The notes beneath the pieces are model-generated. The model did not search any database. It saw only the letters and a program-made list of their open reading frames with translations, and was not told where the DNA came from. Both the position numbers and the translations under genes were made by a program. A stretch of 64,000 nt of DNA from Candidatus Uhrbacteria bacterium (GTDB lineage Bacteria > Patescibacteriota > Patescibacteriia > UBA9934 > GWF2-40-263), in NCBI GenBank assembly GCA_037131775.1, contig JBAXQK010000002.1:87493-151492 (forward strand), read 5' to 3'. Below, one piece after another: positions 1-10,857 of the stretch. Within the stretch, counting starts at the first letter, position 1. Every line of letters begins with the position of its first letter.

Positions 1-9
1 AAGTCCATA

Positions 10-333
10 TTATTCGATCTGTTCCGATCCGCCCTTCGAGCGAATCACGCGCACCTTCTGCTTCGCGCCATCCTTCTCGATGAAGGAGAACCCGATGCGT
101 CCGGCCTTTCCGCTCTTCGCGGAAATGATTTGGAGGTTCGACACGTGGATCGGCGAAGGAAACTTGATCGCCTGGCCCTGGGCCTCCCCGCGCCTCTTGA
201 GGTGCTTCGTGAGCATGTTGACGTTCTCAACGACCACGCGCATCAGCTTCGGGAAAACCTGAAGAACCTTGCCTTCCTTACCCTTGTCCTTGCCCGCCAT
301 GACGCGGACGTTGTCGCCTGTTTTAATCTTCAT
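10..333 (-). CDS. rplX: 50S ribosomal protein L24
   Basis: [24 protein letters not shown] matches the L24 KOW motif; ATG at 331-333 (revcomp); position after rplN in the spc operon; ORF track N-terminal extension ignored. Confidence 0.9.
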   Translation of the reverse strand: MKIKTGDNVRVMAGKDKGKEGKVLQVFPKLMRVVVENVNMLTKHLKRRGEAQGQAIKFPSPIHVSNLQIISAKSGKAGRIGFSFIEKDGAKQKVRVIRSKGGSEQIE

Positions 334-334
334 A

Positions 335-706
<372 letters not shown>

Positions 707-707
707 A

Positions 708-971
708 TTAGGCGTTCTTCTTTACCAGCCTCCACCGCTTATCGCGGGAGATGGGACGACACTCGACGAACGCGACCACGTCGCCTTCCTTCGCTTCGTT
801 CTTCTCGTCGTGCACCTTGTACGTCTGGCTGCGCACGTACCGCTTGTGGTACTTGGAGTGCGTCACCGTGCGGTCGACTCGAACCACGATGGTCTTGTCC
901 ATCTTGTCGGAAACGACGACGCCGGTAAAAGCGCGGACGACTTTTTCAGTTTTGGCGGTGTTGGTTGGCAT
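708..971 (-). CDS. rpsQ: 30S ribosomal protein S17
   Basis: 87 aa, [31 protein letters not shown] is an S17 signature; operon context. Confidence 0.93.
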   Translation of the reverse strand: MPTNTAKTEKVVRAFTGVVVSDKMDKTIVVRVDRTVTHSKYHKRYVRSQTYKVHDEKNEAKEGDVVAFVECRPISRDKRWRLVKKNA

Positions 972-975
972 ACAT

Positions 976-1164
976 TTACTTCTTTTCGCTGAGCACCATG
1001 TTCAGGCGCGCGATAATTCGTTTGACGTCGCGGAGGACGCGAACCTGCTTCAGCTGGTGGGAGGCGGTCTTGAAACGCATGTCACACCTCTGTGCCGTGG
1101 CTTCCGCCAACGAGCGCTTGAGCGCCTCCACGGTCTGTGACCGCATGGTTTTCACGTCGTCCAT
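976..1164 (-). CDS. rpmC: 50S ribosomal protein L29
   Basis: 62 aa helical protein between rplP and rpsQ; LKQVRVLRDVKRIIARLN is L29-like. Confidence 0.88.
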   Translation of the reverse strand: MDDVKTMRSQTVEALKRSLAEATAQRCDMRFKTASHQLKQVRVLRDVKRIIARLNMVLSEKK

Positions 1165-1173
1165 AGATGGATA

Positions 1174-1590
1174 TTAGGTTTCGCGGTAGAGAACCTTGGT
1201 CTTGCACGGAAGCTTGTAGGAGGCAAGGTCCATGGCTTCCTTCGCGAGCTCGCGAGATACGCCGTCGATCTCGAACATCACCGTTCCTGGGCGCACGACG
1301 GCCACATAGTGGTCAACGGCTCCCTTACCCTTTCCCATAGGCATTTCGGCACCCTTGATGGTGACCGGCTTGTCCGGGAAGATACGGATCCAGATCTTGC
1401 CGCCGCGCTTGATGGCGCGCGTCATGGCGCGACGGGCCGCCTCAATCTGGCGGGAAGTCACCCATGCCTCGGTCATGGCCTTCAGGCCGCACGATCCGAA
1501 CGCGAGCGTCGTCTTGCGGGTCGCAATGCGCTTGCCTCGTCCGCGGCCTTTGTGCCACTTGCGGTGCTTAACTTTTTTTGGCATCAACAT
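1174..1590 (-). CDS. rplP: 50S ribosomal protein L16
   Basis: [20 protein letters not shown]...[28 protein letters not shown] matches the L16 consensus; internal start chosen over the 10-aa ORF-track extension. Confidence 0.95.
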   Translation of the reverse strand: MLMPKKVKHRKWHKGRGRGKRIATRKTTLAFGSCGLKAMTEAWVTSRQIEAARRAMTRAIKRGGKIWIRIFPDKPVTIKGAEMPMGKGKGAVDHYVAVVRPGTVMFEIDGVSRELAKEAMDLASYKLPCKTKVLYRET

Positions 1591-1600
1591 AGGGATTTTT

Positions 1601-2263
1601 TTACGCCTTCTCGACGACAACCGGCTTGTCGAACACTTCGCCGCGGTTAATCCAGATCTTCACGCCGATCGCACCGTAGATGGTGCGGGCCGGCAGCGAG
1701 GCGAAGTCGATGTCCGCGCGCAGGTTGTGCAGCGGGATCTTTCCGTTCGCAAGGGTTTCCGTTCGGGCGATTTCTGCTCCGTTCAGGCGTCCGGACAGGG
1801 TGATCTTCACCCCTTCCGCACCGCCCTTCATGACGCGCTCGATCGCCATCTTCATGATGCGGCGGAACGGCATGCGCTTCTCGATGTCGCCGATGATCTG
1901 GAGGGCGGTGATGCGCGACGAAAGCGCCGGCTTCGCCACCTCCTTGACATTGACGTTCACCGTCGTGCGACGACCGGCGAAAAAGTTCTTCTTGATCTTC
2001 TTTTTCAGCTCCTCGATTCCGGCTCCGGCCCGTCCGATCACCACGCCCGGCTTTGCGGCCAGCACGTTGATGGTGACGATCTGGCGGGAGCGGTCGATGT
2101 CCACGCGGTCAACCTGGGCCTCGCGCAACTCCTTCATCAGGAACTCGCGAACCATGACGTCCTCGCGCAGAAACGCTGGAAAATCCTTGTCGGCGAACCA
2201 GTGACCCTGCCAATCCTTGTTGATGGCCAGGCGGAACGCTATCGGATGTGTTTTTTTGCCCAT
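1601..2263 (-). CDS. rpsC: 30S ribosomal protein S3
   Basis: [16 protein letters not shown] domain and S3 C-terminal motifs; 220 aa. Confidence 0.95.
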   Translation of the reverse strand: MGKKTHPIAFRLAINKDWQGHWFADKDFPAFLREDVMVREFLMKELREAQVDRVDIDRSRQIVTINVLAAKPGVVIGRAGAGIEELKKKIKKNFFAGRRTTVNVNVKEVAKPALSSRITALQIIGDIEKRMPFRRIMKMAIERVMKGGAEGVKITLSGRLNGAEIARTETLANGKIPLHNLRADIDFASLPARTIYGAIGVKIWINRGEVFDKPVVVEKA

Positions 2264-2264
2264 A

Positions 2265-2678
2265 CTAGTTCGCCTTCGCCGGTTTAACCTTCTTTGCCTT
2301 GGCCTCCTTCTTCTGGGCGGCGGCGGCCTTCTTCGCCGCCTTCGGGGCCATCACGTCGAGAACGATCGTGATATGGCTCGTGCGCTTGCGAATCGGGGCG
2401 GAGCGTCCGAAGGCCTTCGGCGTCCAGCGATGGATCACCGGTCCCCCGTCGGCCATGATCGTCTTCACGAAGAGGGTCTCGGGGGCGATCTGGAAGTTGT
2501 GATCCGCATTCGCCACGGCCGAGTTCAGAAGCTTCAGAACCGGCAGGGCCGCGTCCTTCTTCAGGAAGCGCAGCTGCGTCGCGGCGCGAGCGACGTCCAT
2601 CCCGCGGATAACGTCAATCACCAGCCGCACTTTCCGCGGGGACATGCGAATATTTTTTGCGTAGGCCTTCACTTCCAT
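2265..2678 (-). CDS. rplV: 50S ribosomal protein L22 with Lys/Ala-rich C-terminal tail
   Basis: MEVKAYAKNIRMSPRKVRLVIDVIRG; C-terminal KAAKKAAAAQKKEAKAKKVKPAKAN extension. Confidence 0.95.
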   Translation of the reverse strand: MEVKAYAKNIRMSPRKVRLVIDVIRGMDVARAATQLRFLKKDAALPVLKLLNSAVANADHNFQIAPETLFVKTIMADGGPVIHRWTPKAFGRSAPIRKRTSHITIVLDVMAPKAAKKAAAAQKKEAKAKKVKPAKAN

Positions 2679-2687
2679 ATGGGATGA

Positions 2688-3011
2688 TTATTTCTTCTTG
2701 GGAGCGGCGGCGGCAGGCTTGGCAGCCGGAGCGGCGCCCGGGCTCGTTGCGGCGACCTGACCTCCATGACGGACGAACTTGCGCGTCGGAGAAAATTCCC
2801 CGAGCTTGTGTCCGACCATGTTTTCGACCACGCGCACCGGAATGAAGTCCTTGCCGTTGTGCACCGCGATGGTGAACCCGACCATCTCCGGGGTAATCGA
2901 ACAGGACCGAGCCCAGGTCTTGATGACAGTCTTGTCACCGGCCTTCAGGTTCAGAACTTTCTTTTGGGTTTTTTCGTCCACGAATGGACCTTTCTTGGAA
3001 CTGCGAGACAT
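2688..3011 (-). CDS. rpsS: 30S ribosomal protein S19 with Ala/Lys-rich C-terminal tail
   Basis: [12 protein letters not shown]...HNGKDFIPV is the S19 consensus. Confidence 0.95.
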   Translation of the reverse strand: MSRSSKKGPFVDEKTQKKVLNLKAGDKTVIKTWARSCSITPEMVGFTIAVHNGKDFIPVRVVENMVGHKLGEFSPTRKFVRHGGQVAATSPGAAPAAKPAAAAPKKK

Positions 3012-3017
3012 AAGGTT

Positions 3018-3863
3018 TTATGCTCCCACGAACCGGCCTTTCGGACGTCGCTGGATGATGAGCTTGTCGGAGGCCTGCTTGTGGCGCGTCTTCACGCCGA
3101 GTGCCGGCTTGCCGGACGGGGTCTTCGGGTTCTTCAAACCGATCGAGTTGCGACCCTCTCCACCGCCGTGCGGGTGGTCGACCGGGTTCATCGCCTTTCC
3201 GCGAACGGTCGGGCGGAAGCCGCGGTGTCGGGTGCGTCCCGCCTTGCCCCAACGAATGAGGCGGCGATCCTGGTTGGAGACACGGCCGACAGTGGCCATG
3301 CACTCCTTCGGGACCTGGCGGATCTCGCCGGACGGAAGCTTGATGGTGGCAAACGATCCTTCCACGGCCATGAGCTGAGCACCGAGACCCGCGCCGCGCA
3401 CGAGCTGTCCGCCCTTGCCCGGAAGAATCTCGACGTCGTAGACGTTCATGCCGACCGGGATGTTCTCGAGGCAGAAGCGGCTGCCGTCCTGCACGTCGCC
3501 CTTCTTCTTGGAGTTGACGATCACCGTGCCGACCTTCATGCCGATCGCGGCGACCATATAGCGCTTCTCGCCGTCCGCGTACTGCAGGAGGGCGAGGCGT
3601 CCTCCGCGTCCCGGGTCGTATTCGATCGCGATGACCTTGGCCGGGATGTCCAGCTTGTCATGCTTGAAGTCGACCACGCGGATGCGACGCTTGGCGCCGC
3701 CGCCGCGATGGCGAACCGTGATCTTTCCGTTGGAGCGACCCGCCTGCTGCTTCTTGGCGATGGTCAGCCTCCGCTCCGGCTCCGTCTTCGTGATATCCTC
3801 GAAGGTATCCACGGAAGAAAGCCGACGGGCGTTGGTGGTTGGATTGTATTTTTTGACCGGCAT
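3018..3863 (-). CDS. rplB: 50S ribosomal protein L2
   Basis: 281 aa; RHRGGGAKRRIRVVDF and MNPVDHPHGGGEGR motifs. Confidence 0.97.
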   Translation of the reverse strand: MPVKKYNPTTNARRLSSVDTFEDITKTEPERRLTIAKKQQAGRSNGKITVRHRGGGAKRRIRVVDFKHDKLDIPAKVIAIEYDPGRGGRLALLQYADGEKRYMVAAIGMKVGTVIVNSKKKGDVQDGSRFCLENIPVGMNVYDVEILPGKGGQLVRGAGLGAQLMAVEGSFATIKLPSGEIRQVPKECMATVGRVSNQDRRLIRWGKAGRTRHRGFRPTVRGKAMNPVDHPHGGGEGRNSIGLKNPKTPSGKPALGVKTRHKQASDKLIIQRRPKGRFVGA

Positions 3864-3869
3864 AGGATT

Positions 3870-4301
3870 TTAGACCCCTTCGTAAATGTCGATCGTCTTG
3901 CCTTTCGGAAGCGTCACGATCGCCTTCTTCCAGGATGCGCGCTGCCCGTTCGACCGGCCGAACCGAACCACCTTGCCCCGCATGTTCTGGATGTTCACCG
4001 ATTCCGGCAGAATGCCGTACATCGCGCGAATCGCGGATTTGACCTGCACGCGGTTCGACTTCGTGGCGACGACGAACGTGTACTGCCCTCCGTGGGCGAC
4101 GATCGCGGCCTTCTCGGTCACGAGCGGGCGGAGAACGACGCCGGAAAGGTCGGACGGAATGACCTTGGCGGTCTTCTTCGCGGCCGGCTTCTTTTTGGCG
4201 CCGTCCGTTTCCGCCGTCTCCTTCACGACCTTCGTGTCTTCCACGATGTCACCCTTGAGCTCCTGCTCCTTCTTCGATTTAAACTTTTCAAGAATTCCCA
4301 T
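3870..4301 (-). CDS. rplW: 50S ribosomal protein L23 with long N-terminal Lys-rich extension
   Basis: C-terminal core VVLRPLVTEKA...YTFVV...KVNI is L23; start taken at MGILEKF (ATG near 4299-4301). Confidence 0.88.
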   Translation of the reverse strand: MGILEKFKSKKEQELKGDIVEDTKVVKETAETDGAKKKPAAKKTAKVIPSDLSGVVLRPLVTEKAAIVAHGGQYTFVVATKSNRVQVKSAIRAMYGILPESVNIQNMRGKVVRFGRSNGQRASWKKAIVTLPKGKTIDIYEGV

Positions 4302-4302
4302 A

Positions 4303-4938
4303 TTACGAGCGCTTAAACGTCTTCGTGATGGCGTCGATCGCTTCCTTGGAAGCCACGACGAAATCGTTTGCAAGCAAGTCGCCGATGTTCAGCGAGAGCG
4401 CGGAAAGCGTGGTTACGCGCTGCAGGTTGCGCGCCGCGCGGACGGCTCCGACGTTCGACGGCTCGAGGATCACGAGGGTCTTCTTTCCCGCGGAAGGAAG
4501 GTTCTTCATGACGCGAACGAGCGTCTTCGTTTTGTTTTCCGGAAGCACCATCGAATCGATGGCAACAAACTTCTCGCTCACAAGCTTGTCCGTAAGCACC
4601 ATGGCGAGCGCCTTGCGACGCGCGACGCGGTTGAGCTTCAGGGAAAAATTACGCTCGTTGCGAGGTCCGAAGGTAATTCCACCGCCAACCCAGATCGGGG
4701 AGCGGCGCGATCCGTGACGGGCGCGACCGGTTCCCTTCTGCTTCCACGGCTTCTTTCCAGTACCCGCGACCTCGGAACGATCCTTGGTGTGCGCGAGAAC
4801 CTGGCGGCCGTTGGCCATCTGGATCACGAATGCCTCGTGAATGAGGGCCGGGTTCGGCTTGACCTCGAACAACGACGCGTCGAGCTCAAGCTCGCCGACC
4901 GTCTTTCCTTCCTGGTTGAGCAGCGTTACTTTTGCCAT
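4303..4938 (-). CDS. rplD: 50S ribosomal protein L4
   Basis: MAKVTLLNQEGKTVGELELD...GTGRARHGSRRSPIWVGGG is the L4 signature. Confidence 0.95.
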   Translation of the reverse strand: MAKVTLLNQEGKTVGELELDASLFEVKPNPALIHEAFVIQMANGRQVLAHTKDRSEVAGTGKKPWKQKGTGRARHGSRRSPIWVGGGITFGPRNERNFSLKLNRVARRKALAMVLTDKLVSEKFVAIDSMVLPENKTKTLVRVMKNLPSAGKKTLVILEPSNVGAVRAARNLQRVTTLSALSLNIGDLLANDFVVASKEAIDAITKTFKRS

Positions 4939-5558
4939 ACGAGCTTGCCTTCGCGGGCCACGACGAGGATTAAGCCTCCGCGCGCGCCGGGAATGGCGCC
5001 AGAGATCGCGAGAATGTTATTGACGGGGTCGACCGAGATGATTTCCAGGTTCATGACCGTCGCGCGCTGATCACCCATGTGACCTGCCATGCGCTGTCCC
5101 TTGGAAACCGGACCTTGGCGCTGCGAGGCGATGGAGCCAGGCATACGCATCTGGTCTTTCTGGCCGTGGGTGGCCGGACCTCCGGAAAAGTGATGGCGCT
5201 TCATGACGCCGGCGAATCCGTGACCCTTGGAAGTACCCGTCACGTCGACGTGCATTCCCGGGGCGAACGCGGTCACGTCGACCACGTTGCCGCGCGTCAG
5301 GTCCGTCGAATCGACGCGGAACTCGCGCAGCGTTCCCATCAGGGAAAGATCCTTGACGTGTCCCGCTTCCGGCTTATTGAGGACGCGCTTGACGTCCGTT
5401 CCAAGCTGGACCGCGACATATCCGTCCTTTTCCGCGTCGCGAATCTGCGCGACGATGTTCGGTTCGCACTTGACGAGCGTTACCGGAACGACCGTTCCAT
5501 CCTCCCGAAACTGCTGAGACATCTCGATTTTTCGTCCAATGATGAATGGCATAGACAT
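4926..5558 (-). CDS. rplC: 50S ribosomal protein L3
   Basis: GRKIEMSQQFREDGTVVPVTLV...GTSKGHGFAGVMKRHHFSGGPATHG is the L3 signature. Confidence 0.95.
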   Translation of the reverse strand: MSMPFIIGRKIEMSQQFREDGTVVPVTLVKCEPNIVAQIRDAEKDGYVAVQLGTDVKRVLNKPEAGHVKDLSLMGTLREFRVDSTDLTRGNVVDVTAFAPGMHVDVTGTSKGHGFAGVMKRHHFSGGPATHGQKDQMRMPGSIASQRQGPVSKGQRMAGHMGDQRATVMNLEIISVDPVNNILAISGAIPGARGGLILVVAREGKLVWQK

Positions 5559-5838
5559 TGGTCCCGACGGGACGTGCTAACAACTGACTCGACCGGCCAA
5601 CTGGCCAGGATAACGAAAAGTCAGAAGTTGGTAGTAAAACGTCGCGGAATCCTTCTAACGGTGGTTTACTAACAGCTTCTGACCTGTTCACTCTTAGAAC
5701 AGTTTTTGTGGAGAATTCTTAATGAATGGGTTGGTTTCCTTCTTGCGACGTTGGAAGCTCCAGGAGGTTTTCCCCCTCCCGGCCTTGCGGCCGAGAGGGG
5801 GATCTTTCTTCTGTGTTCCTCAATCTGCGGGGATTGTA
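5559..5838 (-). other. Unusually long (280 nt) non-coding spacer between rpsJ and rplC inside the S10 operon; candidate structured leader/regulatory RNA
   Basis: No ORF of 60 aa or more; contains hairpins, e.g. CCCCCTCCCGGCCTTGCGGCCGAGAGGGGG at about 5779-5808; rpsJ-rplC gaps are normally a few tens of nt. Confidence 0.3.
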
Positions 5839-6219
5839 CTAGGTCTTGATCTCCACGTCAACCCCGGCGGGTAGGTTGAGCGACATCAGGGCGTCGATGG
5901 TCTTTTCCGTCGGGTCCGTGATGTCGATGAGGCGCTTGTGGACGCGCATCTCATACTGCTCGCGCGAGTCCTTGTGGACGAACGTGGAGCGGTTCACCGT
6001 GTACTTGCGCTTCTCGGTCGGCAACGGGATCGGACCGTGGATCTTCGCCCCAGAGCGCTCGGCGGCCTTGATGATGGTCATCGTGGCCTGGTCGATGAGC
6101 TTGTGGTCGTAGGCGCGAACGCGGATGCGGATGCGCTGTCCGTCCGCCGTCTTTTCCGTCTTTGCTGCCGCTGGTTTGGTTGCGTTTGCCACAGTGGTAA
6201 GGAAAGAACAAGCACTCAA
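5839..6219 (-). CDS. rpsJ: 30S ribosomal protein S10
   Basis: [18 protein letters not shown]...[11 protein letters not shown] is the S10 consensus; track start is TTG 3 nt after the tuf stop, real start uncertain (possibly GTG at 6190-6192). Confidence 0.9.
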   Translation of the reverse strand: MSACSFLTTVANATKPAAAKTEKTADGQRIRIRVRAYDHKLIDQATMTIIKAAERSGAKIHGPIPLPTEKRKYTVNRSTFVHKDSREQYEMRVHKRLIDITDPTEKTIDALMSLNLPAGVDVEIKT

Positions 6220-6222
6220 TAA

Positions 6223-7416
<1,194 letters not shown>

Positions 7417-7597
7417 AGCGATTTTTTGAGCTTGGCCGCCCAATGCGACCTTGCCCGGCCGGCTCAATGTGTCACGACGCGTGCCACTGAACCAGGCGGG
7501 CAAAAAATGCTCTTGTTAGGGTTGTTTTTTAATTAACGGCGAAATTGTAACAGAGGGAAAGGGATAATGCAAGGTCTGAACCACCTGTCAATCCAAC

Positions 7598-8149
7598 CTA
7601 CTCGATCGGCTCCAAATAGAACTGTTCTTCGCCAAAATCCTCGTCTTTTTGATCTTCTTTCTTCGGCTCGGCCTCTGCGGCCGACTTTTCCGGTTCCGCC
7701 GTCGCCATCCCCTTCCCCTGTTGATAATTCTCAAACTGTCGCTCCAAGTCCGTCTTTTCAACGTCCGACATCTTCGAAATGTCCCACGTCTCCGATTCCG
7801 ACCCCGCCGGACTCATCGCCTCCCAGATATCGGACGGCGGCGGTGCCTGTCTAGTTTCCCCTCCTTTTTGGAAGGAGGGGTCAGGGGTAGTCGTCGCGAC
7901 GGCAACGCTCGGCGGCCCGACCCTTCCCTCTTCCTCTTCCGGCTCGCAATCATTCCACCATTCTTCGCCGAAGCCAGCTTCAGACGGCAAGCCAGACGAT
8001 TTTTCAACGATTTCCTTAGGAACGACTAGATTTTCGTACTGTTCCAGTCCCATCACCACGTATACGTCGTCCCCGTTCGTGTCCGTCACGACCATCCGAT
8101 CGCCCGTTTTCCGTACCAAATTCAGGATGCGTCGAAGTTGTTTGTCCAT
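7598..8149 (-). CDS. Hypothetical acidic protein (Glu/Asp-rich)
   Basis: 183-aa ORF directly upstream of tuf; low-complexity acidic C-terminal half; no recognisable domain. Confidence 0.45.
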   Translation of the reverse strand: MDKQLRRILNLVRKTGDRMVVTDTNGDDVYVVMGLEQYENLVVPKEIVEKSSGLPSEAGFGEEWWNDCEPEEEEGRVGPPSVAVATTTPDPSFQKGGETRQAPPPSDIWEAMSPAGSESETWDISKMSDVEKTDLERQFENYQQGKGMATAEPEKSAAEAEPKKEDQKDEDFGEEQFYLEPIE

Positions 8150-8222
8150 ATCGGTAGGAAGATTAACAGGATTGATCGCATTTTAACGTAGAGGGACGTG
8201 AAGTCAAATCATACAGCTTGGA

Positions 8223-8251
8223 TTGACAAACTGGCTAAAATTTGTTTAAAT
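8223..8251 (+). promoter_or_regulatory. Sigma70-like promoter candidate (TTGACA-17-TTAAAT) for the Mqo-like gene
   Basis: TTGACA at 8223-8228, 17-nt spacer, TTAAAT at 8246-8251; GGAGA RBS before the ATG at 8298. Confidence 0.35.
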
Positions 8252-8297
8252 TCGCCCCTCGACGCGATAAAATCGTCGCGGTCGAAACAATCTCTCA

Positions 8298-9677
8298 TTG
8301 GAGACAGTCATGCGGATTGATTACGAGGTCGGAGTCCTCGGCGCCGGAGTCACGGGAATCGCGACGGTTCTCGCACTCATCCTGTACACGAACGTCCGGA
8401 GCATCGTGGTGTTCGAGCGTCGCCGGGGACCCGCCCAGGTGAACTCAAGCCGGGTGAACAACAGCCAGACCCTGCACATGGGACGCGCCGAGTCGAACTA
8501 CACCGAGGCGCAGGCAGTCGCGGTCAGCGAGGACGCGCAGCTGGTCGCCGGCTTCGTCGAGCGGTTCGCTCCCGAGGCGGGACAGCCGATGTCCACGCAC
8601 ATGATCGCGGTGGGCAGCGCGGAGGTCGCCGAGTTTCGGAAGCGCCACACGATGCTGTCGCCGCACTTCCCGGACCTGCGTCTGCTCGAGCGAAGCGACC
8701 TTGCGCGGATGGCTCCCAAGCTCATCGAGGGCCGCGATCCGAGCGAGCCGATCGTCTCGCTCTTCTCCGAGGCGGGCTATGCCGTGGATTTCCAGACGCT
8801 CGGCGAGGCAATGCTCGCGAGAGCCGTGTTGGAAGCGAAGCGGATGGGAAAGACGCTCGACCTGCACTTCGACACGCAGGTGGATACCGTCAGGCAGGAG
8901 AAGGACGGGTTCGTGATCGTCGCGAACGGCAGCGAGTACCTGGTGAGGACGCTCGAGATCGCCGCCGGAAACGGGTCGCTGCTGATTGCTCACCAGCTTG
9001 GGTACGGCCGCGAGTTCGCAATGCTCCCCGTCGCGGGAAGCTACTTCGTCACGAAGACGCTCCTCGACGCAAAGGTGTACGGGTTCCAAGACCCGTCGAT
9101 CCCGCTCGCGAAGGCGCACTCCGACCCCGACGTGAACGACCGCGGCGTCATGCGCTTCGGCCCAACGGCCAGGCCGATGCCGCTCCTCGAGCGCGATTCC
9201 TGGTCGACTCTCTGGGAGTTCGTCCGCGTCGGCACCCTGAGTCCGCGCGGCCTCTGGGGGCTTGCCCGCGTTCTCCTGAACCTCCACCTCCTGATGTTCG
9301 GCGCGAAGAACGTCCTGTACGAGCTGCCATACGTCGGCAAGTGGTTCTTCGCCCGCATGGAGGCCCGCAAGATCTTCCCGACGATCCGCGCGCGCGACCT
9401 CGCGCTCGCCAAGGGCGCCGGCGGAATCCGCGGCCAGCTCATCGACCTGCGCACCGGTGCGCTCATGAAGGCCGAGCGGATCCTCCCGCCGGACGAAGTG
9501 CACGCCAACTGCATCCCCTCGCCGTCCCCGGGCGCCTCGAAGTGCCTCGGCAACGCGATCGTGAGCGTCCGTAACCACATGGTCTGGCAAGGTCCCGGCT
9601 ACCAGTTCGACGAGGCCCGCATGCGCGCAGACCTCCGCCGCACCAACTACGGCCCGCGCAAGACCGCCGCGTCCTAG
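8298..9677 (+). CDS. FAD-dependent oxidoreductase, malate:quinone oxidoreductase (Mqo)-like
   Basis: N-terminal GVLGAGVTG Rossmann motif; segments SSRVNNSQTLHMGRAESNYT and MLPVAGSYFV resemble E. coli Mqo ([31 protein letters not shown]). Confidence 0.6.
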   Translation: METVMRIDYEVGVLGAGVTGIATVLALILYTNVRSIVVFERRRGPAQVNSSRVNNSQTLHMGRAESNYTEAQAVAVSEDAQLVAGFVERFAPEAGQPMSTHMIAVGSAEVAEFRKRHTMLSPHFPDLRLLERSDLARMAPKLIEGRDPSEPIVSLFSEAGYAVDFQTLGEAMLARAVLEAKRMGKTLDLHFDTQVDTVRQEKDGFVIVANGSEYLVRTLEIAAGNGSLLIAHQLGYGREFAMLPVAGSYFVTKTLLDAKVYGFQDPSIPLAKAHSDPDVNDRGVMRFGPTARPMPLLERDSWSTLWEFVRVGTLSPRGLWGLARVLLNLHLLMFGAKNVLYELPYVGKWFFARMEARKIFPTIRARDLALAKGAGGIRGQLIDLRTGALMKAERILPPDEVHANCIPSPSPGASKCLGNAIVSVRNHMVWQGPGYQFDEARMRADLRRTNYGPRKTAAS

Positions 9678-9725
9678 AGCCATCTGGCTCTTTTTTCTTT
9701 GAACAAAAAAACCGCGGCCTTTCGG

Positions 9726-10202
9726 TCACGGAGAGCGCGGGGACAGACGGATGGCGGTTGCGACTTTTTCGCCATAGAGAACCTGGTCCTGCCGTTCGCG
9801 GAGATCGCGTTCTTGCGCCAGATGACGCTGATAGTCGTCTGGCAAACCGGTCATCAGGATCGCATCCCGACGCGCGTTCAGGCGATCCCCTTCCGCAAGC
9901 AGGCGCCGTCCCTCGTCCGACAGGAACGCCAGCCATGCGGCCATCGGCGCGGAGGCGGTATTGCGGACGTACTGGAATCCGAGAACGGCGATCGTCACGG
10001 CGCCGACGAACGGAATCGCGAGAAACGCCAGTGCCCACGTTCCCATCGCGATCCACACGACCGCATAGAGGACAAGTGCCGCGACGTTCGCGACGTCGAG
10101 CGCGACCCGCAGGCGCGACGGATACGCGACCATCGGGTATGGAATCTCCCGCGCGCACCGCGGCCGCCTGTGGCCGGGAGGGTCGCAGAACGCCTGGGTC
10201 AT
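9726..10202 (-). CDS. Hypothetical membrane protein (paralog 1 of a tandem pair)
   Basis: 158 aa, hydrophobic helices; N-terminus MTQAFCDPPGHRRP resembles the upstream paralog (LQDPPGHVRP). Confidence 0.5.
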   Translation of the reverse strand: MTQAFCDPPGHRRPRCAREIPYPMVAYPSRLRVALDVANVAALVLYAVVWIAMGTWALAFLAIPFVGAVTIAVLGFQYVRNTASAPMAAWLAFLSDEGRRLLAEGDRLNARRDAILMTGLPDDYQRHLAQERDLRERQDQVLYGEKVATAIRLSPRSP

Positions 10203-10774
10203 GGCGATGCCGCGAGCGACGCGTCGTGTGCGACGACCTCGCCGGCAAGGTGTTTGCCCTGGCGGCTGAGGAGATCCTCCTCGTCGAACAACGTCTTGTT
10301 CCAGGCTGCCAACAGGCTGGCCTCCAGCTCCAGGATCTGCTGCGGGTCCAGGGCAATCGCGAGCCTTCGAAACGCCGCGAGGCTGCGCTCCCCGTTCTCG
10401 ATCTCCCTTCGTCGCTCCGAGATCCTTACCCCCTCCCGCAGCAGGGCCCAGCCGACGGGCGTGCGGGACAGCAGGAGGATTTCCTTCGGCATCCAGATGA
10501 GGTCGCCGTTCCCGCCAAGAGTTGCCGACGGGCTCACGATTACCGCGTACAGCATCACGTTCCCGATCGTCGCCCAGAAGACAATCTCGACGACGCTGTC
10601 AAACGTCACGGAACCGGTCGCACGGTACTCCGAGCGTCCGATTGTGAGCACCATGATCGTCATGGCGGCGCACGCGATCTTCGCGGCGGTCAGACGGGCC
10701 TTGTACCAGGTCAGGCGTCGGCCGCACGCATACGGCCGAACGTGTCCTGGCGGGTCTTGCAGGGGAATCGACAT
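10199..10774 (-). CDS. Hypothetical membrane protein (paralog 2); ATGA overlap with downstream paralog
   Basis: 191 aa, TM helices, shared DPPGHxRP N-terminal motif; stop overlaps the start of 9726..10202. Confidence 0.5.
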   Translation of the reverse strand: MSIPLQDPPGHVRPYACGRRLTWYKARLTAAKIACAAMTIMVLTIGRSEYRATGSVTFDSVVEIVFWATIGNVMLYAVIVSPSATLGGNGDLIWMPKEILLLSRTPVGWALLREGVRISERRREIENGERSLAAFRRLAIALDPQQILELEASLLAAWNKTLFDEEDLLSRQGKHLAGEVVAHDASLAASP

Positions 10775-10857
10775 TGAGAACCTCCGCCGAGACCCTACCC
10801 GACATTGACGATCGCGTCCAGATCTGGTTCACTTCGGCTCGCCATACGAGGGCAATC

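Noticed and set aside
8445-9683. 412-aa minus-strand ORF fully antisense to the Mqo-like gene
   Set aside because: Arg/Ala/Gly-rich low-complexity translation typical of antisense frames in high-GC DNA; the plus strand carries a recognisable Rossmann/Mqo-like protein.
9699-10808. 369- and 339-aa plus-strand ORFs (9699..10808, 9758..10777) overlapping the two membrane-protein paralogs
   Set aside because: Arg/Pro/Ser-rich junk-like composition; the minus-strand pair shows TM helices, paralogy and ATGA coupling.
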